The notes beneath the pieces were generated by a model. That model saw only the letters and a list, made by a program, of their open reading frames with translations, did not search any database and was not told the DNA's origin. Shown piece after piece: positions 37,682 through 49,500 of a DNA stretch of 64,000 nt. A program made the position numbers and the translations under genes. Location of the stretch: the NCBI RefSeq assembly GCF_964204865.1, contig NC_135256.1:6324001-6388000 (forward strand). Direction: 5' to 3'. Each line of letters starts with the position of its first letter. The first letter of the stretch is position 1. The stretch comes from Styela clava. Its lineage: Eukaryota.

Positions 37682-39791
37682 ATGGATGGTGAAAAAGATA
37701 ACGGATATCACAGTAATGACAATGAACTTGAGGTAGAGGATGATGACATTGAAATTCATATTCTGGAAGACTTGCAATATGACGGTAGGTAAGACCATTA
37801 TAGTCGGGGATTTCAAATTTATTGTACAAATGGTGAATATTTGGGAAGTTGTCTATTCTATTTTGCTGACAGGTTGCTTATGTTTTTTGTTATTTGTACG
37901 TCCATGTTTCATGAAGTTTGTATCAATTTATCATTTGAATTTTCTACACCCTGATGAGCTTTGTCTTCAACCTTCTGTATTTGACATAACGAGTTTTTCA
38001 TGCCAGCTATTTCCCAACACCATGTCATCTTATATCACCAGTTGTTCTAAAACACTAATTTAAAATACCCTCATAATTTGAGCTTATCGTATTTGACTGT
38101 ACTAACCATAATTTAATCGTATTAATTATTCCATTACAGTTGATGAAACTGCATTAGAGGAACCAGATTATGATACTGTACGAAAACAAAGGTTTCAAAG
38201 AAATCAAAATGCAATGAAAAGATTCAATACTCGCATTGCAAACGAAACTAGTTATTTGGTAAGTTGTTTTGTGCCTCAACTAATGCTAGTTCACTAACAA
38301 AACACTGTGTTTTCCCAATGCTATATCTGTTAAAATATAGTTTTGATCATTTCTAATTTCAGAATGAATCCGAGATGTTACCAGCTGAAGAGAAAGCAGC
38401 AATTTTGATACAAAAACATGTCAGACGATTGTTGGGTCAACGAAAATATATTGAAATGCTAATGGAACAATTTGAAAAAGTTTGTGTTTTTAAATATTGG
38501 CTTGAAAATTTTTCGCTATGATGTTAAAATGTATTATAATTATATCCACAAAGCACCGTGGAGTTGGACCTGTTTGAAGACTAAAAATTATTTGATATTT
38601 TAGCAACAAATGTGTTATAATTATATTCCTAAACCACCGGGCATTGAAGACTAAATCATAAAGAGTTATTCATAATCTGTATCTATTTGTCACATTTGAG
38701 GAAGTTGAACAAGTGAAAATAGGCCCTTCAGAAGTGTGTGTACCAATATGGAGGTAACTAATTTTGTTCGCCTACTTTACATCAAGTTGGGTTAGGGTTA
38801 GGCCATAATTTTATTTCGATTTTCCTAATTTCAGTTCTATTAAGAGTTCGGGGACTGTCTGTGTTAGCCAAGTGAATATTCCTCTGCCCATAAGTTTCAG
38901 TCCCTTTACACAACTTGATTTAAAATAGGCGAACAAAATTGAAGTGCCCAATATTTATAATGTTTCAACCTAACTGACTTGTAGGAAGAAAAATTACGAA
39001 GAGAGAAAACTATGGAACAGGTGGAAGAAGCAAAACTCCTTATTGAAAAGTATGCTTTTGTATATTTGAATTTGGTATTGTCATTTTCATTAGCATACTT
39101 CAAAACCTCATTAATATTCTTTCAGTCATCAGCTGGAAGTTCAGTTCGAGGATTACAATGTCATCAGAAGGAATAAAGCTCAAAGGCTCTCTTACTATGT
39201 TATAACGTAAGTCTTGCAAATTAAAACTATTTATGAGTGAAGAAATTTACTATCTCATGTGGTCAATAGAACTTGAGTAGTTCGAAACAATATATGGCTC
39301 GCTATAAAGTATGTTATATAGGAGTTTGTGAAGTCTTGAAATATTTTAAAATTGCAAAGGGAATTTATGGATACCATGTGTTGTTTTGGCCCTCAGACGT
39401 GTTAAATGAAATAAAAATACTGATGAATGAAACAATTACCGATTATTAAAAAGCAATAAACCTGGTTAATATATATTAACTGGATCCATAACGAAATTGA
39501 AAGGGGACTTTATGGACGCCCTGTATGTATTTTAAGATGCTACAAGCAAAATCATCTAACCTTAAAAGAGTGTTAAAAGAGTCTGTTCATATGTATTTTT
39601 GTAGAATTCAAAGAGCATGGCGCAAGCATCTAAGTGCAAGGGCTGAAAAGAATAATTCTGCAGACTCTGATACCACATCAGATGACAAGGAACAGAACAG
39701 TGAAATTGAAAACACCGTAATATGTGAACGTCTCGCTATGAGAATTGTAAATCATGCAATAGATGAAGCTATAGTAAAATTTCAAAGTTGA
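37682..39791 (+). CDS. Small acidic protein with two IQ (calmodulin-binding) motifs, ~223 aa
   Basis: Exons 37682-37784, 38140-38258, 38363-38479 (AAILIQKHVRRLLGQRKY), 38985-39049, 39126-39206, 39605-39791 (TIQRAWRKHL). Phases are consistent and the total is 672 nt. Confidence 0.8.
38722..38948. mobile_element. Merlin-like MITE subfamily 2, internally rearranged (inverted) copy
   Basis: The first ~65 bp are in + orientation and the remainder is the reverse complement of the family consensus. Confidence 0.75.
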
Positions 39792-40129
39792 TGCAACATG
39801 CTGATTATGCGAAATATCTTCTGCACTGTTGAACTATTTTTTAGCAATGTGATACAAGTGCATTCTCGTTTCCTAAGCAACTATTATTCTGTCATTTTAC
39901 TATAGATGCAATATATTTTTTTACTGTTCATGTCTCACGCTCTAGAATGTTTCAGTGTTTGTTTATATTTTTGATAACGATTTATTGAAATATATGTAAA
40001 TAATTATTGCACAAAAATAACAGTTCTTCTGATAAGTACCAGGACATTGATTTAAAAGTGCGCAGGCTCCAGTCCTATCACTTTAGACAGTTCAGAAAGT
40101 TTAACGCAACCTATAACAATGATGCTATT

Positions 40130-40498
40130 TCATGAATCATCTGGTGGCTTATTGACATTTTGTAATGTAGCAGAAACAGTTCTCAAGTCTTCTTCAATGC
40201 TTTTGGCCCAGTTTTCAACATCACCCAGTTCTTTCAGAGCTGCATGAAATCCTTCTAACATCGATGTCCATTGACCAGATAATCGATTAAATTGAGAAAC
40301 TTGGCCCTGAAGTTGTTTCATTTCTTTATCAATTTGACATTGGTTGCTGTATGCCATTGCGACTCCATTATTCACGGACGCCGTTACCGCAGTGTTAAAT
40401 TTAAATAGGGCCCTCAAAGCTTCTTGACGTTTGCGTTCCTGTTCCTCGCGGACTTTGCTTTGTTTCGCCTGATGTTGCTTCAACATAGAAGATAACAT
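40130..40498 (-). CDS. BLOC1S1: BLOC-1/BORC subunit 1 (GCN5L1), intronless, 122 aa
   Basis: MLSSMLKQHQAKQ...GVAMAYSNQ...ALKELGDVENWAKSIEEDLRTV matches the family signature. The true start is the internal Met at 40498. Confidence 0.95.
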   Translation of the reverse strand: MLSSMLKQHQAKQSKVREEQERKRQEALRALFKFNTAVTASVNNGVAMAYSNQCQIDKEMKQLQGQVSQFNRLSGQWTSMLEGFHAALKELGDVENWAKSIEEDLRTVSATLQNVNKPPDDS

Positions 40499-40638
40499 GA
40501 CCAAATATATTTCCCAGTTGACATACAAAAGACTATTTCGAAGACCTTTGTCAACGAGCGAAAGCGCAAAGACAACAGTGCAGCAGCAATGGAAAACCGA
40601 AATGCATTGGTGCATATCAACAGCCGCTTTTGTATTTG

Positions 40639-40675
40639 ATGGACTTTTCCCCGACCTTTGACCCTCGAAAAATTC
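40639..40675 (-). promoter_or_regulatory. DR1-like motif upstream of BLOC1S1
   Basis: Reverse complement gaatttttcgaGGGTCAAAGGTCGgggaaaagtccat, about 140-180 bp upstream of the ATG. Confidence 0.55.
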
Positions 40676-40973
40676 TTCCTTTACTTTACTATTGTAAACT
40701 TTTCGGTGTTTATTTTAAGAGTGGTTAAGCGAGTTAGCGCCTGTAAAATTGGGTATTCGTTTCAAACCATTGTTCTGATTCACAGCATTCAACAATATGT
40801 TTTTTAAAGGAACGGTGAAGGATTTTGGCCTAGTTTATCACAGCTATTTCTACACTAATATTTGATTACTGCGATTAAACCGTAAATATATGATTAAATC
40901 GTAAATATATACTACTACGATTAAAACTGTCCGAATGAGAAAAGTGTCTGAGCGGATGCGAAAAGGGGCATTG

Positions 40974-41151
40974 TTGCGTCGCTTTTTGCATCTCACTGAT
41001 TGGCCAATGTCACGAATTAAACAAGGAAGTCGATGCTTGAGGAATCACCCATTAGTATGTTTAATCGGTTTAATGAACCTTTCCCCGAGAATCCACTTCC
41101 TTGTTTACTTCGTGACATTGGCCAATCAGCAAGATGCAAAAAGTGACGTAA
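40974..41151. repeat. Long imperfect palindrome (~70-bp arms), probable MITE
   Basis: tttttgcatct..ctgattggccaatgtcacgaa.taaacaaggaagt is mirrored at 41094-41151. Confidence 0.85.
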
Positions 41152-41800
41152 ATAAATAAAATATTCTTTGGGACTGAATGTCCTACTTAGATCATTTTTA
41201 CATTGGCATACATTTAGCTTAACATGGCATTTAAGGGATAAATTTCTTAACTCAATCAATTCGCTATTTCGTTGTTGCTCATCATGTTAGAATTATTTTC
41301 TTCTTAGCATTGATGTTGACATAGTGATCAATTAGAAGTTTCCCTTGTGTTCTTTTTACATATAGTATATTTGATTACTGGCTTAAATAAGTTAGCAATT
41401 CTACTAAAATGCATTTATTCTTTTGTTATGCTGGTGATACATTTCTACCCCTTTTTTCGAGTTCTCCATCCGCTAATATACGGAATATATATATATAACT
41501 TTATTTTTGCTCTTTTTCACATATCGAATGTTTGCATATAATATTGTTTACCATCATCTAAATCCCACGAAATTTTATTATTTAATGAGTTTTCAACAAA
41601 ACATGCCCTCCCCCAATGTGAAGTTTTTCTGTGATTAGGCTACCATATATCGAATTTGTTAAAGTATTATTTGCCAGACCAACTTTTCTAGCCATTTTCA
41701 ACGTGAACCATAATCACATCAGCAATTAGGGTAGGAATTGACTTTGATGTCCGCATACCGCATGGTCGTATCGCTCCCCCCAGTCCATACCAAAGCAATT

Positions 41801-42204
41801 TTTGGACACGTTTAGTGGACATAACGATCGTTTTGTTGTTATGTTGTTTATGGTGTTCTTGTTGTTGTTTGACACTTTTTAGACACCTAGTGGAAATATT
41901 AAAAAACCGCTTTTCTCTTTGACCACTGGATCAAGTGGTTAAAGATGAAATTTATCTCCAGAAGGCTATTATTTTTATTTATTTTAAATATTTCTGTTAG
42001 CTCTGTAAGATTCGTTTTTGTTTGCTATGACGTCACTGATCGTTCTGCGGACATCGGACGCCATTTTGTGTCCGACTGTACTGCTTCGCTTGGTGTGAAT
42101 ATATTTGTAGACTGTGATCTGACGGTACGGTAAACCAGTCGTTGGGTAAACCGTACTGTACTGCGAATAGACGTGTCCATATATTTAAGCGTAGCTCTCT
42201 TGTT
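41801..42204 (+). mobile_element. Helentron-associated (DINE-1/HINE-like) element
   Basis: Subterminal inverted repeat TGGACACG/CGTGTCCA, (GTT)n tract, short 3' hairpin, T-rich flanks. A second copy lies at 34256-34487. Confidence 0.6.
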
Positions 42205-42305
42205 ATTTTAATTTTGCCCTGTTTGTATTTTGAATCTCTCCTATTTCTATACGGAGCCAGGTTCTGTGGATGGAATCAGTATTGTACTTGATTAAAGTGT
42301 AGTAC

Positions 42306-42896
42306 AGGGGTCGGCAACCTACGGCCCGCGGGCCGGATCCCGGAGCACTATAATACGACCCGCGACGCTCCACTAAATTTTGGTAACAAAACATCCGTTT
42401 TGACGAATATATTTTTATATTATAACCTAACAATTATATAATTCAAATTACTCGTTTATTGAGCATATTATTTAATTATAATTAAGCAAATGGCAACAAA
42501 ACGCAGAAAAGTTGATTCTAAGTGCAACGGGTTCAATAATATTCAAATGGAATTTTATGAGATGCAATGAGGAAATAAATCTATACTCTATTCGAGAGAT
42601 GTATCACTGCTTGATTTATATTATAAAAATTACCATCCGTTCGGTTTTTCAATTTTCTAAAAATATGTGCGGCCCGCGAGCGACAAAAGGTTGATTCTAA
42701 GTGCAAAGGGTCCAATAATATTCAAATGGAATTTTATGAGATGCAATGAGGAAATAAATCTATACACTATTCTAGAGATGTATCACTGCTTGATTTATAT
42801 TATAAAAATTACCATCCGTTCGGTTTTTCAACTTTCTTAAAATATGTGCGGCCCGCGAGCGACAAAAGGTTGCCGACAAAAGGTTGCCGACCCCTT
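42306..42896. mobile_element. hAT-type MITE with internal 180-bp tandem duplication
   Basis: TIRs CAGGGGTCGGCAACC / GGTTGCCGACCCCTT; 42511-42690 is repeated at 42691-42870. Confidence 0.88.
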
Positions 42897-43325
42897 GTAT
42901 AGTTTATTCGTAGTAGTTTTCAATTACTGTATAATAAATATACAATTTTTATACAGGCCCTCTGAATTGTACAATAAATCTAATGTAAAGTGTGAATAAA
43001 TTATAATCATTACCACGTTTTCGCGTTTTTGAACTCTATTCGTTAGTTTTCTGTTGTGTTTTGGAAACTTAAATATAAATCAGATAATTTAATGATCACT
43101 CTGTCTTCCTAGGAGTTTCAATTTGATAACAGTAATATAAAATTAGTGTAGAAATAGCTGTGATAGACTTGGCTAAAATTCGTAACTGGTACTTCCAAAA
43201 AACAGATTGTTGTATGCGATGAATCATAATGATGGTTTGAAACACATGCCCCATTTTACAGGCGCCAACTCGCAAAAGCACTCCTAAAATAGCCCCAAAA
43301 ATTTTGAAATTGTAAAGTATATAAG

Positions 43326-43400
43326 GAACTTTTCGGGGGTCAAAGGTCGGAGAAAAGGTCCATGTGAAAAAGAAACATGATTCTATAGGGTCAAAGGTTA
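43326..43400 (+). promoter_or_regulatory. DR1-like motifs upstream of UTP3
   Basis: gaacttttcggGGGTCAAAGGTCGgagaaaaggtccat (43326-43363) plus a second GGGTCAAAGGTTA (43388-43400). Confidence 0.55.
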
Positions 43401-43500
43401 CGTTAGGGTATCATGTGTACGCTCGTTCATTGTAATATTTACAGTTTCAAGCTTGCTGTTGCCCATTGCGCATTCCTGGTGGTCTGTTTTCATTGATACG

Positions 43501-46500
43501 ATGGCGAAAAAGAAACGTGGTGGGAAGGGGTAAGTATATGTTAAACTAGTTCAACGTTCAGGATATTTTCGACCCAACAGCAGAGTGACTCTTTTGTGTT
43601 TCCCTTGCAGCCTTGCTAGTAATTCTGTTATTCCTGTATTCCTAATGTTGCCAGCATTTTTAATTTTTTCAATAATTCTTATATATCAGGCCTGCCACCA
43701 AATCTAGTATTAAAGAGAAAGATGAAAATCTTGATGGTGTAAAACAGGTATGTTTGTAAATACCTAGGCTATAATATCGAGTCTAGTGGTCCATGTCTGA
43801 GTAAGTGCCTAAATTATTACACATAATTTGATTCCAGGATGAAGAAGATTTCTACTATGATGAGATTGATAAATTTCATGCAAATAAAGATAAACTTTTA
43901 TTAGAAGATGATGGTTCAGATGATGATTCAAAGTATAGTGATGAGGTTGGTAGAAAGTCTGGTTATGGTAGGTTGCTAATTCTGTAATTGTTACAGTATT
44001 GCTAAAATAATTGTTGAGAGTTCAAGTCAGCTTGCGCATTTCTTCATTTATGTTTTGTGAAGTTTATAAATGGAGTTTTCGGGGCTCCCGAAGTATGCGA
44101 ACCAAGATGGCGGACATCGGAATGTAATATGTGTACTAGGTTAGGGTTAGGCCATAATTTTAGGTATAAATACTACGGGAGGCTCTTGGCTAGTCTTCGA
44201 ACTGATAATAGGACTAAAATAAGGAAAATTGGAAAGAAATTATCGCCTAACCCTAACCTGTTACCCATGTTACGTTCCGATGTCCGCCATCTTGGTTCGC
44301 ATACTTCGGGAGCACCGAGTTTTCTTTGACAATATTCTGCTTTGGTTAATTAAATTATAATAATATTTTGCTATAAAAAATTTTTCAAATAGTCATGTCT
44401 CAAATAAAAGTATGCCTTCCACATAGTGAATCACAAAAAGGTTGTTTTGTGCACTGAAATAAATGTAAATCTAATCACCCAAATTTCATGATGAAAAAGT
44501 TTAAGTACTGCTGTTATGTACTCGTCATAGATTGTCAGATTGACTTTTTTTCCCTTGTGGAGTAGATCATCGATTTCTTTGTCTTCGTTAAAGTGGGCTT
44601 GAAAAATAAATAAAAATACTGCCTTAGTTTTAGTATTTTTTTCGTCTTATTGTTAATGTTAATATAGACAGACATAACAATACTTAACAATAGTTGTAGT
44701 TTGTAGTTGGCAATAGACTTCTTTTTTCATAGGTTGATTTTAGATGAAAAATTTGTTTATAGGAAGAAGTTCTTGGAATAGAAAGTGATGATGATGATGA
44801 TGATGACATTGATGAAGAAGATGAATCTGATGATGGTGAAATTGGAAATAAAGGTGAAGATGATTTGAGCCTAAAATCTAGTAATACAGTCACAACATTT
44901 GGTACTGCAGTAGTATGTGTACCAGTATGCAGTTCTATTTCGAGTTGGGGACTGTCCTTTAACCCTGCTAAAACGATATGAGACTTATGTGTAATATGAA
45001 TATGGCTCTAATATGATTTGTCAGTAAGAGTTAACATTCTTTATGTACACGTCTTATTATGGACTTAACTCAAAACAAAACCAATAAGACATTTTCGCGC
45101 CTTTTTCAAGCATGATATAGGCTTGTCCGAGTGTTTTTGCCCCGGGTTGTGCGTCACTCCTTTTTGGCATATTTCCAATTTTACGAGTTTTATATCTGTA
45201 AATATTTGAAAGCTAAGGAACATACAAAGGAATACGTTATTACTTGAAAGAAAGTAATTCGCGCGGCCGTGCGCTCATTTTCCTCGCGTAAACACGCACT
45301 AATAATTACCCGCACAATAATAAACAAACAAGAACTGCGTTGACTTCACAAATATACCGCTTTGTTACTCGACAGCTGTTTGCGCTACACCATTGCCTGT
45401 GATATCATTTTGTTAGGAAAACAAACACCAAAACGGCTATAACGCTTGCGAGAGAGTGCCGTTATCATAAGTAAGGTTCAACGGCCATAAAGGAGAGAGG
45501 TTCGAATGTTTGTATACTATCGTCGATGAATTTTCTCACGTACGCAAAATTTCGTACATGGAGCGGTCCATTAGCGACCTCTTGCGTATAGAAAACAATA
45601 ATATGATTCAAACAAGCCTTCAATTGCCTTCCAAGCCATATTGGTTAGGTGACAAATGCTAATTAAAAATATTTTAAAAATTTGACTAGGGAGTGCGGGT
45701 TAGGAAGGTTCAGCATAGTGTTTGGATTTAAAAGTCATTCTTCAGTTTCTGTTGCTTCAAGACACTCAGTTGATGTTTGAGTATGTGTACCAGGTTAGGG
45801 TTAGGCCATAATTTTATTTCGATTTTCCTTATTTTAGTTCTATTACGAGTTCGGGACTGTTTTTGTTAGCCAAGTGAATATACCCACTGCCCATAGGTTT
45901 CAGTTCCTTTACACAACTTGATGTAAAGTAGACGAACAAAATTAGTTACCTCCATATTGGTACACACACTTCTGGAGCGCCTGTCATTGTACTCTGCTTA
46001 AGACTGTAAATAGAGTTTGGAGCCTAGTTTACAAACTTGTTCATTTCTGTGTTAGGTTCATCACAAAGACAAAACATCTTAAAGAGATTGAAAAATTTAA
46101 ATCTTTCTCTTTTATTAATCCGAATCTTGGATTTGAAATATCAGAATCTTGTATTTGCATTTTATGAAGAGATTTGGCCCACTGTTTAAAAAAAGACGAT
46201 TTGCAAATTTTATTACCAATCAAGCGCACTGAATGCATGTTGATTTTAGTAGCTCTGAGCATTTAAAAATATTGAATTACAAATATCTCCTGCATTAATA
46301 GGATATTATATTTTCATGAATGAGTTTACAATCACTAGTAGTTTCCTTATTTTTTTTCTCATTTCAGGTATCACAAGTGAAAGTGCTTGGGGAAAGAGAA
46401 AATCATCATTTTATGGTGCAGACACATATGATGGCCTGGAAGGTAATGTTTTTTTTTATAATTGTGGTAAAATGGTTACCGTATGTCATTGTCTGGTTAG

Positions 46501-49500
46501 TTTTCTAAAACTAGGCCGATACTGATGTTTCCTCACCTAAAGAGATGGCTACAAGTAACAGGCAACACTCAGAACAGATTTTTGTGTTTTTCTTGCAAAA
46601 GAAATGAAATCTATAACAAAATGTTGAACTTATGCAATGATGACAAAAAATTGCATAAAAAGTACATTTACTCCTTTCTTTGTGAATCTAATTTTAGCGA
46701 TTTCATCGCCTTATGTTAAAAATTATTAGTGTTAAAATTAGTTAGTTAAAACTGCTTTCCCGTCGTAAATTTGACATTTGGCAGTCACGTGATCGACCGA
46801 TATACATCGGTAAAATTAGCCGATACTGATAATTCGAAATTTGTGAATAACAGATGATATATTGGCCGGTCCCTACTTTTTTGACTATCGTTAAGAATGC
46901 ACTAAAAATTTTATTTATAAAAATATTAATGCTATTTGTAAAAGATATACCTGAAAATTCAGATAATTTAAATTACTTTATTGCTGTAGAGCAGTAGTTT
47001 CCACTATTTTGGTGGAGCAGAATCTCAATGCAACATTCCAAAGGCTTTGGGAACCCCTGGTATGATATAATGGTAAAATATTTCTATTTGCTGTAAGAAG
47101 AATTGTTTAAACTATAAATATATATAAAAGCAAATCTAATACTAGCAAAACAAAATTATCTTCAAAGTTTAGCAAGTTTTGGCAGACTGTATTGGCGGAG
47201 CCCTAGTGTGTAGTTGAACCCTGGTTGAAAACCACTGCTGTGTAGCAGGCCTATTTGAATGCTAAATTATTCATCTTAGGACAACCCTGAATATTAATCA
47301 AGTATTCTTCTTGAAGGTTCTGATAGAGAAGAAGCTGAAAAAGCAGAAGAAGAAGAAGTTCTTTCTATTCAGAAAAGATTGGCAGAACAGATGGATGAGG
47401 ATGATTTTGGATTGGATATATTGAATGTGAGTTATGATTGGAAACTTGGGGCCAATAATTTGCCAAACCAAAAGCATATTCACGAATTTTTTGATCTTTT
47501 TAGATTTTTAGAATCCAATAATTTGCTAAATCAAAAGCATATTCACAAATTTTTATATCTATATTAAAATTTTATGCTATATTGAACAATGGGAAATGGG
47601 AGGATTCAGCATCGTTATGGGGTTTCAGTAATCTTGCTGTTGTGAGAATCAAGTACTCTGAATGAGGTTATTATCCAAATTATCTTTGCTTCTTTCATCT
47701 AGCAGATGATGTCCATCTTTTGCTGTGTTAATATTTTTTTAATTGTTTCCGCAGGTTCCGGAAACTAAAACAGAAGAGCAATCTGATGAAGTTCTAAAGG
47801 CTCATGTTGACGCAGATTTTAGTTCGTTATCCAAGAAATCACAATGGAAACTTGTGAAGAAAGAATCACCGGAACTTGATGGATTGATTCATGACTTTAA
47901 GGTTTTTGCCTTCTGTAATTTTATTCAAATATATTCGCCTCGCACTGATTGTGTTGAGGAAATATTCATTCTGAATACAAATTCAGTTTCTCATTCAAAA
48001 CTCAGGGTTTTATCAAAGTGACTCTGCCTGATGAGCATTGGATCATGTTGGCATCACAGGTTAAAAGATATCATTTTATATACCATGTCCACTACCTTGC
48101 CCAAATTGGGTAGCAATGCCAAATCAAAAAGACTCAGTGCTGTGATTCCCAATCTTTTTTATATTGCGACAAACTATTAGGCTCTTTAAATATTCGTGGC
48201 ACGCCTATCACAAAACATGAACATTTTATACCCATTGAGCCATTTTGCTATAAAATAATAAAGTAAGAATGTAAATGAACAGTTGCATAGAATGTTTACG
48301 GCATCACCCGAGGTGAAGAAGCGTTTTCAGTGCTTGGGTCACAGTATGACTAAATACCTGAGCAGCTACAGCTGGTTTCCTCTCATCTTCTTTACAAGTT
48401 TCAAATTAAAATGCACGTCTGTAAGTCGATATGCTAACTTTTAACTGTCTATTGGAAATTGGAATCACTTGAAATAAGTTCAACAATGAAATCTCTTCGC
48501 CGCACCTGCCGGCACACCAATATTCATTCAGTGCAACACTAATGTGCTGCAGCCACTGTTTAGACTACACAGAGCCTAGTTTGAGGTGACAAGTGTATGA
48601 AAATGTCTGTACAGAGTTCTGTTAGGTTGATAGCAGTGGTGTTAATAATATAAATATATCAGAATCCTATAATAATAGTAAAAAATTATTCATTCCAGAC
48701 CAAATTATCTGAGCTACAGAATGAAGTTTCACCGCTGATGAAACTTGTGAAAAATGGGACGATACCGAAGGGTCTTGGATCTGATTACATAAGTCTCAAA
48801 TACAGAGTCTATTCTGCATATCTACTCAACATATCATTTTATTTGGCTCTGAAAACCAACAAAACTCAAGTACAGAACCATCCAATTGTTTCAAGACTGG
48901 TGCAATACAGAACAGTGAGTGTTATTTGATGATATCCTTGTTTTTGCCTGACCAACAAAAGAAACCATGCTATCCATTTGCCTACTTTGAACACCGAAGG
49001 GTTTTTATGTCTCATACATAGCTACATAGTTCACAATATACGATATAATTTTGTCTGTGATATCCTGAAATATCTAAATCAATGGAAGTTTAGCTAATAC
49101 TGATTCTCAAATTAGACAGCAATTTTGTTTTAATATTGGCTAAGGTATGGTGCATTTTTCTAAGTGTTAGGAATTGTCGTCACACCTATGATTACCTTGT
49201 ACAGGTTTGCAGGTTTGAATCCTGTGGGGGAATAAATACTGGTATGTATGTACAAGAGGATTATTGGACTTTTTGTCACCACAGCGTTCACGTAGCTGCT
49301 GGTCACTTTCCTTTTCCCCGGGAAAAATATGAAAATCCTATCCTAATATTGCACTTTAATTATGAATTGCGCAATACGGCATATCACGATTCAGACCTTT
49401 ACCCTTGGAACTTATGTTGTCATTAATATATCCATGCATATTAAGAATGGTTTTATGTTTTCTGCAGGTCATCAACCAATTGTCCCCCATTGAAAAGAAA

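Noticed and set aside
40499-40615. N-terminal extension of BLOC1S1 in the ORF track
   Set aside because: Family similarity begins at the Met at 40498; no support for the upstream start.
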